A DNA stretch of 64,000 bases from a candidate division FCPU426 bacterium (lineage in GTDB: Bacteria; Oederibacteriota; Muellerivitia; Muellerivitales; DAHXKG01), in NCBI GenBank assembly GCA_027366525.1, contig DAHXKG010000003.1, positions 72,097-136,096 on the forward strand. Direction: 5' to 3'. The stretch's first letter is position 1; the number at the start of each line of letters is the position of its first letter. The notes under the pieces are model-generated. The model did not search any database and was not told the DNA's origin. It saw only the letters and a list, made by a program, of their open reading frames with translations. The position numbers and the translations under genes were made by a program. Positions 1-7,989 of the stretch are shown here, piece by piece.

Positions 1-45
1 ATCATCAGTGATTTTTTTAATTCAAACTTTAAGGAGTGGGCAAGT

Positions 46-1422
46 ATGTCAAAGCCACATTGGTTAATTCCCTCCCAGCCAGTTGAGACTTATCAAGAAT
101 ATTTGGAACAGTATCAAGGTGTTTCTCCAATTTTAAAAGCTCAAGCTATGGGAGCGGATGCGGTCATTACTGAATTAAAGAAATCAGGATTAAGAGGGCG
201 AGGTGGAGCTGGATTTCCGGCAGCGGCTAAATGGGATACGGTTCGTAAGGATCGATGTCCAACACACGCAGTGGTTTGTAATGCAGCCGAAGGCGAGCCA
301 GGAACATTTAAAGATCGTTACATGATACGAAAAAATCCCTATCCACTTTTGGAAGGTGTGCGTATTGCGGCTCGGGTTATTGGAACTCAAACTATTCGGA
401 TTGGAATTAAAGAATCGTTTAAACGGGAAGTTGAACGCTTAAGACAAGCTTTGAGTGAGTTAAAAGCATTGGGGCTTTTTGAAGGCGTTGATATTCAAAT
501 TATCTTAGGTCCGGAGTCCTATTTATTTGGAGAGGAAAAAGGATTGCTCCAAGTGGTTGATGGGATTGGACCTTTTCCAAGAGAAGCGCATTATCCTCCT
601 TATGAATGGGGATTACAACCCACCATTACCTCACCCAATCCTGCTTTGGTGAGTAATGCGGAAACTTTTTCTCATGTTCCTTCTATTATTCATTATGGAG
701 GGGATTCTTTTCATCAAATTGGAACGCCGGATACTCCGGGAACCATTATTTTGACTTTATGTGGAGATATCCAAAAACCCGGGATTTATGAGGTTCCAAC
801 GGGAACCACGCTCAACTGGGCGGTCATGAATTTAGCAGGCGGTCCTCTTCCAGGTCGAAAATTAAAGGCTATTTTATCTGGAGTATCAGTGCCTGTTATT
901 CTTCCCGCTCAATTTGAAACTCCGTTAGATTTTGGGAGTATGCGTAAGATCGGCTCAGGGTTGGGGTCAGCAGGGTTTATCATTATGGATGATCAAACAA
1001 ATATTCCGCGAGTTGCACAAGCCGCAGCGCGATTTCTTTTTGTGGAGTCCTGCGGACAATGTCCTTCCTGTAAGATGGAATTAAACTTGGCTTCCACAAC
1101 CCTTGATCAGCTCATTGATCAAGCTGTTCAGGGGTCCTTGACCGTGGAACTTAAAAATCAACTCTTAGAAAGAGTGAAGTATGGCGTCATGTCAGCTCCA
1201 CAGGGGAATCGTTGTTATCTGCCTACGGGAGCTAAAGTGGTAGTTTCTAGTTTAATGCAAGCATTTCATGATGAATTTGATCAATTGGTTCAAAATTTTT
1301 CAAATCCTCGCTATTTAATCCCTAAAATTATTGATTATGATGAATCCAAACATGTATTTGTTTATGATGAAAAACAATGGTTAAAAACTCCGGATTGGAG
1401 TTATGAATATAGCCATGCTTGA
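46..1422 (+). CDS. NADH dehydrogenase flavoprotein subunit F-like (NuoF/HoxF family; FMN- and 4Fe-4S-binding)
   Basis: GLRGRGGAGFP FMN-binding motif; ESCGQCPSC...C iron-sulfur motif; 458 aa, typical NuoF size; SD AAGGAG upstream of ATG. Confidence 0.8.
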   Translation: MSKPHWLIPSQPVETYQEYLEQYQGVSPILKAQAMGADAVITELKKSGLRGRGGAGFPAAAKWDTVRKDRCPTHAVVCNAAEGEPGTFKDRYMIRKNPYPLLEGVRIAARVIGTQTIRIGIKESFKREVERLRQALSELKALGLFEGVDIQIILGPESYLFGEEKGLLQVVDGIGPFPREAHYPPYEWGLQPTITSPNPALVSNAETFSHVPSIIHYGGDSFHQIGTPDTPGTIILTLCGDIQKPGIYEVPTGTTLNWAVMNLAGGPLPGRKLKAILSGVSVPVILPAQFETPLDFGSMRKIGSGLGSAGFIIMDDQTNIPRVAQAAARFLFVESCGQCPSCKMELNLASTTLDQLIDQAVQGSLTVELKNQLLERVKYGVMSAPQGNRCYLPTGAKVVVSSLMQAFHDEFDQLVQNFSNPRYLIPKIIDYDESKHVFVYDEKQWLKTPDWSYEYSHA

Positions 1423-1443
1423 AGGTTTTCAAATTTAACGCCA

Positions 1444-2235
1444 TTAGAATCCATGCCACGAGTAGAGTACAATCATCGCAAAAATAATAGAAAGTCCCAT
1501 TTCTTGTATTCCTAATTTCATCATGGGCAATCGAGGATTTCCTTTCCAACCTGCAAGGCCAATTCGCAATAAGGCCATTAGAGGGCCGAACGTCAGTTGC
1601 CAGTGTGGCCAAGCAAGATAGGCTAGACCGGTAATATAAAGGACCCCAGCTAAAATCGATCCGCGCAGGTCCAAGAATTTTTGAGTATACGAAATGACTT
1701 CTCCTTTTCGAGATCGAGCTAACCAGGATTGACGCACTTTAACATAAATGAGGGCTAAACAAAAATATCCACCCAGAAGGCTCCAGAGCACCATGGCTTG
1801 AGTAAGTGAATGTAAAGGATTGGTTAAGTAAATCATGGAGGCCAACAAACTGATTTCTAAAAATCCAAGCATTTCAATTAATAAGGAGCGCCACGTTTGT
1901 TTATAACTTACCGCGATAAAAATCAGACAAGCTAAAGGACCGGCAATCAATTTTAAAAGATTGAGATCTAGGTGGGGCGCTTGTTGGAAAACAAACCCTC
2001 CAGAAGTGATCAGAATTAAAAATAAAAGAAAAGCAAATTTTAAATTTTTTAAAGCATAAACCCGATCCACATTCCAATAGTGGCGAGCAGTGAGTAAAGG
2101 GGCTCGGAGAATAAAGCCCGCTATCCAAATTAAACTTAGGGCCAAAGCTGAAAAATTCCATGATCCTAACAATATCCAGCCCACGAAAAGCGATAGAATC
2201 AATAAATTCCATGCGCCATGTTCTTTAGGTAACAT
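1444..2235 (-). CDS. polytopic inner-membrane protein of unknown function (possibly YwiC-like)
   Basis: 263 aa, about 8 hydrophobic helices, N-terminal EHGAW; no catalytic motif recognised. Confidence 0.4.
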   Translation of the reverse strand: MLPKEHGAWNLLILSLFVGWILLGSWNFSALALSLIWIAGFILRAPLLTARHYWNVDRVYALKNLKFAFLLFLILITSGGFVFQQAPHLDLNLLKLIAGPLACLIFIAVSYKQTWRSLLIEMLGFLEISLLASMIYLTNPLHSLTQAMVLWSLLGGYFCLALIYVKVRQSWLARSRKGEVISYTQKFLDLRGSILAGVLYITGLAYLAWPHWQLTFGPLMALLRIGLAGWKGNPRLPMMKLGIQEMGLSIIFAMIVLYSWHGF

Positions 2236-2457
2236 TGGACGTTCCTTGTTGCAACGACGCTGTATTAAAAATTGTAGACCTTATCTGGAGAGTCTAACTA
2301 TGTATCAATCCTAACGACGACTTCATTCACAGCATATAGGGTATCTTGAGGCGTTGAAATCATAAAAAGCGAATTATAAATTGATTGACTCAATCCGATC
2401 ATGAAATCAACGGATAATTTTCAGGATCCTTCGCGGTAATCCCTTAGATCTTCCAGA

Positions 2458-3192
2458 TTAAGGAAATCCATTGATCCAAGAAACTGCTTGGGAAGTTGAA
2501 GTCGAATTTTTAAAGGTGAACGTTGCAGGACAAGTCCATAATAAAGAAGAATTGGTAAGTGCTCCGGGAATCGTTGAGTCTAAAATGGTTAGGGTAGTAT
2601 TGTATTCATAAGTATCACTGGAGGATGTTAGAGAAACGGGATCAGGTGGCGTGGTTGAAACTTCGACTGTAAGAGAAGAAGGATTGGTAATGTCATTTAC
2701 TTGAAGGGTGGCAGTAATACTGCTGGAGGCAGGGCTCCAACTTACACTAGCTCCATTTGAAGCGTAAGCAACCGTATAAGCATTAATGTCTGTCACACCT
2801 ACGGTTCCGTTAGTAATGGTGAGGGTAATAGGTTGCGGTAAGGAAACGCCTGCATTTAGCAAAGAAGCGCTTCCGGAATAAATAGCATAAACATTGCCGT
2901 TTAAAGTAGTCGATTGGGAAAATGGGATGGTTATCAAGGTGGAGGGACTACTTAGCGCTACAGCAAGATTAGTTAAAGGTATTCCTCCAACAGCGATATT
3001 TAAACTTACAGAGCTACTAGCCGACGATAACGAAACAGCTGAATTGAAAATTTGAATATTGGTCATCGGGACTAGCGGGATGAGTGGCGCGGAGGGGATG
3101 GCGAGTTGTTGACAAGAGGAAGTGAAAAAAAACAGATTGGTGATTAAAAGAATAAAAACAGTTAGAGCATTCCAATTAAATTTTTTTCTCAT
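2458..3192 (-). CDS. secreted Ser/Thr-rich lipoprotein, unknown function
   Basis: signal peptide ending FFFTSSCQQ (lipobox-like); long low-complexity S/T/N-rich body. Confidence 0.35.
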   Translation of the reverse strand: MRKKFNWNALTVFILLITNLFFFTSSCQQLAIPSAPLIPLVPMTNIQIFNSAVSLSSASSSVSLNIAVGGIPLTNLAVALSSPSTLITIPFSQSTTLNGNVYAIYSGSASLLNAGVSLPQPITLTITNGTVGVTDINAYTVAYASNGASVSWSPASSSITATLQVNDITNPSSLTVEVSTTPPDPVSLTSSSDTYEYNTTLTILDSTIPGALTNSSLLWTCPATFTFKNSTSTSQAVSWINGFP

Positions 3193-3378
3193 TGATCGTC
3201 CTCAGGAGTAATCCTTTAATCACTGTTATAGTCCAGATTTTTAATCGAAGAAGTTTTAATGTTTAAAGATTTCCGTTAGGCCATTGTAGCAAGAAATGGC
3301 GAGGAAAGACTATTTTTATGGTCGAACCGGTTCATCAAAATAAACATTAAAAATGTGTGAAAACTTGAGCGGCATAGA

Positions 3379-3990
3379 TTAAAGATCGGGTATTTTTTCT
3401 TCAAGGTGTTTTTGGATTTGCTGGTTATAGTCAGTATCAGAGATTTGGGTTAGATTGATTTTAATATTTTCTTCTGCGGCCAAGGCGGCGCAACGAGACA
3501 GTAATTTGGCGATGGTCCAATCGCTTTTTAAATAAGGAGAAACTAACGGTTTTAAGGTTTCGATGATGCCTTGCGGTTGGAGTAATTGAAGGGATAATTC
3601 ACGTACGCGAAGCGGGACAGTAATAGCATCTTTAAGCGCTTGATGGATCAAGGACATTTTTTTTTGCTGGTCGATTTCAGTAGAAGCTGGCTGTTGGCGT
3701 GCTAGGAGATAATGATTGAAAACTTGGGTGTCTCGTTCCGCTAGAGTCAAGGCCTCATGCAGCATTTCTGAAAGTGTGTGGGCGAGTTGAGTTAAAAGAG
3801 TGGGCTGAGCAGGAAGCTTGTTTTTTTTTAGCAGGAGTTGTGTAATCATGGAAAGTAGCGACACTGCTTGAGCTAAAGAGATGGCTGCAACAGCCCCTCC
3901 GCCAGGCGTGGGATTAGCGCTGGCAAGCTGTTGAAGATATTCTAATAAAGTAAGTTGAATAAGCGGTTTAGCGAGAGTCATGGGAGACAT
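3379..3990 (-). CDS. fchA: methenyltetrahydrofolate cyclohydrolase (formiminotransferase-cyclodeaminase domain family, FchA-like)
   Basis: PTPGGGAVAAISLAQAV motif typical of the cyclodeaminase/cyclohydrolase domain; likely start at internal Met (MSPMTLAK), which removes the overlap with the upstream gene. Confidence 0.65.
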   Translation of the reverse strand: MSPMTLAKPLIQLTLLEYLQQLASANPTPGGGAVAAISLAQAVSLLSMITQLLLKKNKLPAQPTLLTQLAHTLSEMLHEALTLAERDTQVFNHYLLARQQPASTEIDQQKKMSLIHQALKDAITVPLRVRELSLQLLQPQGIIETLKPLVSPYLKSDWTIAKLLSRCAALAAEENIKINLTQISDTDYNQQIQKHLEEKIPDL

Positions 3991-4957
3991 TCGACGATAA
4001 GTGATAATTTTCAAATAATCGAACCGCATTTCGTAAACACATCGCAATCGTCATAGGCCCAACGCGTGGGATATAAATGGTTGCTTTTTCTTTTGCAAGG
4101 TCCTCAAAATTTTGGTGGTCTGAAAAGTTAAGACAAACTGCTTCGGGACGAATTTCTGAGGCTTGAATTTTTTTAAAGGTATTGGGAACGCCAGTGATGA
4201 CGGCAGACGCACGTTGGAGGGCTTCTGCTCGAGAAATTGAGTAGGGTGATTTTTCAAAATGAGGTTGTGTGGAGTCGTAGAGGATTTGATTTTGAGGTCC
4301 AAGCACGAGGAGGCTATTGAGATCAAAAGAATAAACATAAGCTCCGTCATTGGAAAGCATAAATGCAAGTGGTTTTCCTACTACGGTTGAACGATTAAAA
4401 ATGGTGATGTGTTGTTCACTAAAAGGCAGGCCGAACTCGGATCGCAACGAGGTTCGCTCAAGTAGTTTCAAAATGGCAAGCGGGGTACAAGGTAAAATGC
4501 ATTTATGTTGCTGGAGCGCATCGTCGAATCGTTCATTCTTATAAAGTTTTTCCATCCAATATGTGGTTAATCCTTCAACGTCCTTATGGGGGTGGATGAG
4601 ATCTTTGACATGATGATCTTGTTCATTATTAAAAATCGGATAATAAACAAAAAGACCATGAACGGTCGGGTCCAGATTCGAAGCTTGAATCAAGTCTGAA
4701 ATTTTGTCTGGCGTGGTTTGAACGAGATCAAAATGAATTCCCACCGATTGGCAACTCGATTGAGTATATTCGGCATAGATACGGGAGGCTTTAGTTTGAG
4801 GGACCAAAAATCCTTTCAAATGAATAGTGTATTTTTTTTGCTGAATGAGCGTACGGATTTCATTGCGATGAAACGATGCGAGGATGTCCGGATCCCAAGT
4901 AGCCATAACAAATTCCTTAAATAAGGGCATAGTATTGGGAATTGGAATACTTGTCAA
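3968..4957 (-). CDS. folD: 5,10-methylene-tetrahydrofolate dehydrogenase (FolD/MTD1 family, possibly monofunctional)
   Basis: PCTPLAILKLL and RSTVVGKPLAFMLSNDGAYV motifs of FolD; insertion before PCTP reminiscent of monofunctional MTD1-type enzymes; separate cyclohydrolase gene immediately downstream. Confidence 0.7.
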   Translation of the reverse strand: MTSIPIPNTMPLFKEFVMATWDPDILASFHRNEIRTLIQQKKYTIHLKGFLVPQTKASRIYAEYTQSSCQSVGIHFDLVQTTPDKISDLIQASNLDPTVHGLFVYYPIFNNEQDHHVKDLIHPHKDVEGLTTYWMEKLYKNERFDDALQQHKCILPCTPLAILKLLERTSLRSEFGLPFSEQHITIFNRSTVVGKPLAFMLSNDGAYVYSFDLNSLLVLGPQNQILYDSTQPHFEKSPYSISRAEALQRASAVITGVPNTFKKIQASEIRPEAVCLNFSDHQNFEDLAKEKATIYIPRVGPMTIAMCLRNAVRLFENYHLSSNVSHDSR

Positions 4958-5030
4958 TCCTGGAACTTAAGAAGCGGTGCTGGGAGGGGTTGAATGTTTA
5001 AAGTGTGCCAAGAGGAGATCATTTTTCAAA

Positions 5031-5080
5031 AAGAATACGCATGTATTCTTTTTGAAAAATGTTTCACGTGGAACATTTTT
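5031..5080. repeat. composite palindromic element copy 1 (GAATAC-gcat-GTATTC palindrome plus AAAAATGTTtCACGTGGAACATTTTT palindrome)
   Basis: read directly; intergenic between rsmG 3' end and folD-like 5' end; about 84% identical to the reverse complement of 7856..7904. Confidence 0.6.
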
Positions 5081-5156
5081 ATCGAGAGATCCAGAAATCT
5101 GAAGGATGAAGGCCAAGGAAATTGCAGGAGCTCTTTCAAATGGATCCCGGTGCTTT

Positions 5157-5882
5157 TTATAAAGGTTGATTTGAAATTTTTGAATGGAGTCGTGGATAAG
5201 TGGATAAAGTTTTCCCCAGCTTTTCCACAATAACCAGCGAACGCGGTTGATGACTCGAAGATAAAGAATAATGGAGTTTTTCAACGATTTTAGATTGAAG
5301 AAGTTGGAGTGCCTTGTGGGATTTATCCACAAGATCTATCTGAGCCTGCGTGACCCAATTCACAAGATATCCACCGGATTTTAAAAGAGGAATGCCATAT
5401 TCTAAAACAACCGGGAATGGTTGTACCGCACGGGCAACAATGAGATCCCAATGTTCGCGATAGGAGGGCTGGTGACCGAGGTTTTCGGCACGTCCCCAAA
5501 GCGGATGGATATTTTGAAATCGTGGGGTTGCAAGGCAGGCTTGGAGAACTTGAATTTTTTTACGACGGGCGTCAAGCAAAGTCATGGAATGTTCATATCC
5601 CAGACTGATCGAAAGCGGTAGGCCGGGAAACCCATTGCCGGTTCCAAGATCAAGAATCGAGGAAAATTTAGAAGAATTCATCCGAATCCAAGGCAGAAGT
5701 TGAAGGGAATCAAGAATATGAAAATTAAAAATGTCTTCATCGGAAGTCCATTGCGTTAAATTGATAGTTTGGTTTTTTTTAAGTAAGCAGGATATAAACT
5801 CCGTTAGCACTGTTGCAAAGGAAGCATCCAGAAACGAGAAAGAAGTTTGCGAAAGTTTTTGTTGCAACCATTCGGAAGTCAA
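5157..5882 (-). CDS. rsmG: 16S rRNA (guanine527-N7)-methyltransferase RsmG (GidB)
   Basis: ILDLGTGNGFPGLPLSI SAM-binding motif; position directly downstream of mnmG. Confidence 0.85.
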   Translation of the reverse strand: MTSEWLQQKLSQTSFSFLDASFATVLTEFISCLLKKNQTINLTQWTSDEDIFNFHILDSLQLLPWIRMNSSKFSSILDLGTGNGFPGLPLSISLGYEHSMTLLDARRKKIQVLQACLATPRFQNIHPLWGRAENLGHQPSYREHWDLIVARAVQPFPVVLEYGIPLLKSGGYLVNWVTQAQIDLVDKSHKALQLLQSKIVEKLHYSLSSSHQPRSLVIVEKLGKTLSTYPRLHSKISNQPL

Positions 5883-5891
5883 CGCAATCCT

Positions 5892-7787
5892 TTAAGAAGC
5901 AGATTTAGAACTGGTGGAGGTTTGAGCAAATCGGCTGAGCGATAAAAGAAGTACTGATAAATCGGAGGGGGTAATCCCTGGAATGCGTGACGCCTGGCCA
6001 AAAGTTTGGGGTCGAATTTTTAAGAATTTTTCCTTAGCTTCTCTTGAAAGGCTTTCAAGGGAGGCATAAGGGAAATCTTCCGGAATAAGGGTTTGTTCAT
6101 GATGGTTTTGTTTTTGAATATCTTGATACATTTTTTTAAGGTATCCCTCGTATTTTAATTCGATTTCGATTTGAAGACCAATATCGGAATTCCACTGGAG
6201 ATCATGAGGAAGAAAAGGTCGTAAACGCTCATATGTTATTTCAGGTCTTCGAATAATCTCATCCAGTGTTCGATTGCGATCCAAGAGGGAGACGTTGAGG
6301 GTGCTGGAATCAATGGCTTCCATCGGGAGCAGATACGTTCGAAAGGCTTGAAGGCCGGACTTTAATTTATCTTTTTTGTCTAGGATTTGGTCTCGTTTTT
6401 CTTTGGAAATTAAACCCAATTGGTATCCCTTTTCCATTAATCGTAAATCAGCGTTATCGGGGCGTAATAAGAGACGATATTCTGCTTTGGAGGTAAACAG
6501 TCGATAGGGTTCTTCAGTTCCGCGTGTGACTAAATCATCAGTTAAGACTCCCATATAGGCTTCGCTACGAGATAAGATAAAAGGAGGGCATCCCTGAATT
6601 TTTTGGGCCGCATTGACGCCTGCTAAAAATCCTTGGGCGGCAGCTTCTTCATATCCTGAAGTTCCATTGATTTGGCCGGCTAGGAAAAGGTTTTGAATAC
6701 GATGGGTTTCGTATGCGTGTGAAATTTGAGTAGGGGGGATAAAATCGTATTCAACCGCATAACCGGGTCGAACAATTTCGGCATTTTCCAATCCAGGAAT
6801 AGTTTTAAGAAAAGCGTATTGAACTTCTAAAGGCAAAGAAGTGGAAAGACCATTTAAATAAAATTCATGGTTGGAAAGTCCTTCAGGCTCTAGAAATATT
6901 TGATGACGTATTCGCTGAGGAAATTTAACAATTTTATCTTCAATCGAAGGGCAGTATCGAGGCCCAATGCCTTGGATAGTTCCCGAAAAAAGAGGGGAAC
7001 GGGAGAGGTTATTCAAGATAATTTGTTGGGTTTGATCATTGGTATAGGTAATATAACAAGCGACTTGAGTTTGTTGTGGAAAGTGGGTTGTGAAATGAGA
7101 AAACGGGATAGGATTTTCGTCTCCCCACTGTATTTCGGTTTTTTCAAAATTTATTGATTCGCGCAGAACACGTGGATTGGTGCCTGTTTTCAGGCGGCCA
7201 ACTTGAAACCCAAGTACCTTCAGGTGCTGGGAAAGGTTCTTGGATGGCAATTCGCCCGTGCGTCCTCCTTCGATTTGAGTTTCCCCGATATGCATTAATC
7301 CATTTAAAAAGGTGCCGGTTGTTAAAATTACGGCTCGGGCATAAATTTCTTCGCCGTAGTGAGTCCGTACACCATAAACCTGTGATTCACGAATTAACAG
7401 GGACTCAACGGAAGCTTGTTTAATTTTCAAGCAAGGTTGAGACATCACGCATTGCTTCATGGTTTGATTATATAAATCTTTATCACATTGAGCCCGGAAC
7501 CCCCAAACTGCAGGGCCTTGAGTCCGATTAAGGATGCGCGATTGAATGGACGTGGCATCTGTCATTTTGGCCATTTCGCCTCCCAAGGCATCGATCTCTC
7601 GAACTAAATGGCCTTTGGCAAGCCCACCGATAGCTGGATTACAGCTCATTTTGGCAATGGTATCGGGATTCATTGTGAGGAGAATCGTTTCTAAGTTCAT
7701 ACGGGCACAAGCCAGTGCAGCTTCACATCCCGCGTGACCTCCGCCGACCACGATCACGGCATATGATGATTGAAATCCCACATCCAT
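5892..7787 (-). CDS. mnmG: tRNA uridine 5-carboxymethylaminomethyl modification enzyme MnmG (GidA)
   Basis: VIVVGGGHAGCEAALACARMG FAD motif; 631 aa; conserved gidA-gidB synteny. Confidence 0.95.
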   Translation of the reverse strand: MDVGFQSSYAVIVVGGGHAGCEAALACARMNLETILLTMNPDTIAKMSCNPAIGGLAKGHLVREIDALGGEMAKMTDATSIQSRILNRTQGPAVWGFRAQCDKDLYNQTMKQCVMSQPCLKIKQASVESLLIRESQVYGVRTHYGEEIYARAVILTTGTFLNGLMHIGETQIEGGRTGELPSKNLSQHLKVLGFQVGRLKTGTNPRVLRESINFEKTEIQWGDENPIPFSHFTTHFPQQTQVACYITYTNDQTQQIILNNLSRSPLFSGTIQGIGPRYCPSIEDKIVKFPQRIRHQIFLEPEGLSNHEFYLNGLSTSLPLEVQYAFLKTIPGLENAEIVRPGYAVEYDFIPPTQISHAYETHRIQNLFLAGQINGTSGYEEAAAQGFLAGVNAAQKIQGCPPFILSRSEAYMGVLTDDLVTRGTEEPYRLFTSKAEYRLLLRPDNADLRLMEKGYQLGLISKEKRDQILDKKDKLKSGLQAFRTYLLPMEAIDSSTLNVSLLDRNRTLDEIIRRPEITYERLRPFLPHDLQWNSDIGLQIEIELKYEGYLKKMYQDIQKQNHHEQTLIPEDFPYASLESLSREAKEKFLKIRPQTFGQASRIPGITPSDLSVLLLSLSRFAQTSTSSKSAS

Positions 7788-7855
7788 TCCTTTTTACAAA
7801 ACAGTGAAGTGTTTATAGCATACTTTAGAATCCAACTCAATATGGTTCTGAATTT

Positions 7856-7904
7856 GAAAATGTTCCACGTGGAACATTTTTTAAAAACATACAAATGTAT
7901 TCTT
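7856..7904. repeat. composite palindromic element copy 2 (perfect 24-bp palindrome AAAATGTTCCACGTGGAACATTTT plus CATAC-aaat-GTATTC), inverted relative to copy 1
   Basis: read directly; lies in the divergent intergenic region between mnmG and the coupling-protein-like gene. Confidence 0.6.
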
Positions 7905-7989
7905 TTGTGAATGTTGGATTTTTGTCCTGAAGACAATATTTAGGGCCTTTGTATTGGCGATGAAATGAAATTTAATTACAGTACTAGAT

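Noticed and set aside
190-390. Numerous short ORFs on the opposite strand inside long genes (190..390, 1328..1612, 1901..2212, 2090..2314, 4051..4368, 4350..4544, 4718..4924, 6900..7423, 8073..8315, 12773..13033, 17013..17267, 21358..21720, 35073..35279, 39407..39984, 43101..43771, 47910..48311, 53655..53895, 55307..55642, 59494..59985 and others)
   Set aside because: They overlap well-supported genes, lack ribosome-binding sites and have low-complexity or unrecognisable products. They are treated as frame artefacts.
4967-5332. ORFs 4967..5332(-) and 4994..5233(+) spanning the folD/rsmG intergenic repeat
   Set aside because: They run through the palindromic element and into the rsmG 3' end and have no start context. 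The region is better explained as regulatory/repeat DNA.
5333-5341. Perfect DnaA-box 9-mer TTATCCACA, plus degenerate TGGATAAGTGGATAAAG at 5191..5207, near gidAB
   Set aside because: Both lie inside the rsmG coding sequence. A single perfect 9-mer is expected by chance in 64 kb, and no cluster of boxes or adjacent AT-rich unwinding element was seen, so it is not called as oriC.
7754-7936. ORF 7754..7936(-) upstream of mnmG
   Set aside because: It overlaps the mnmG start and the palindrome element copy 2, so it is likely non-coding promoter DNA.
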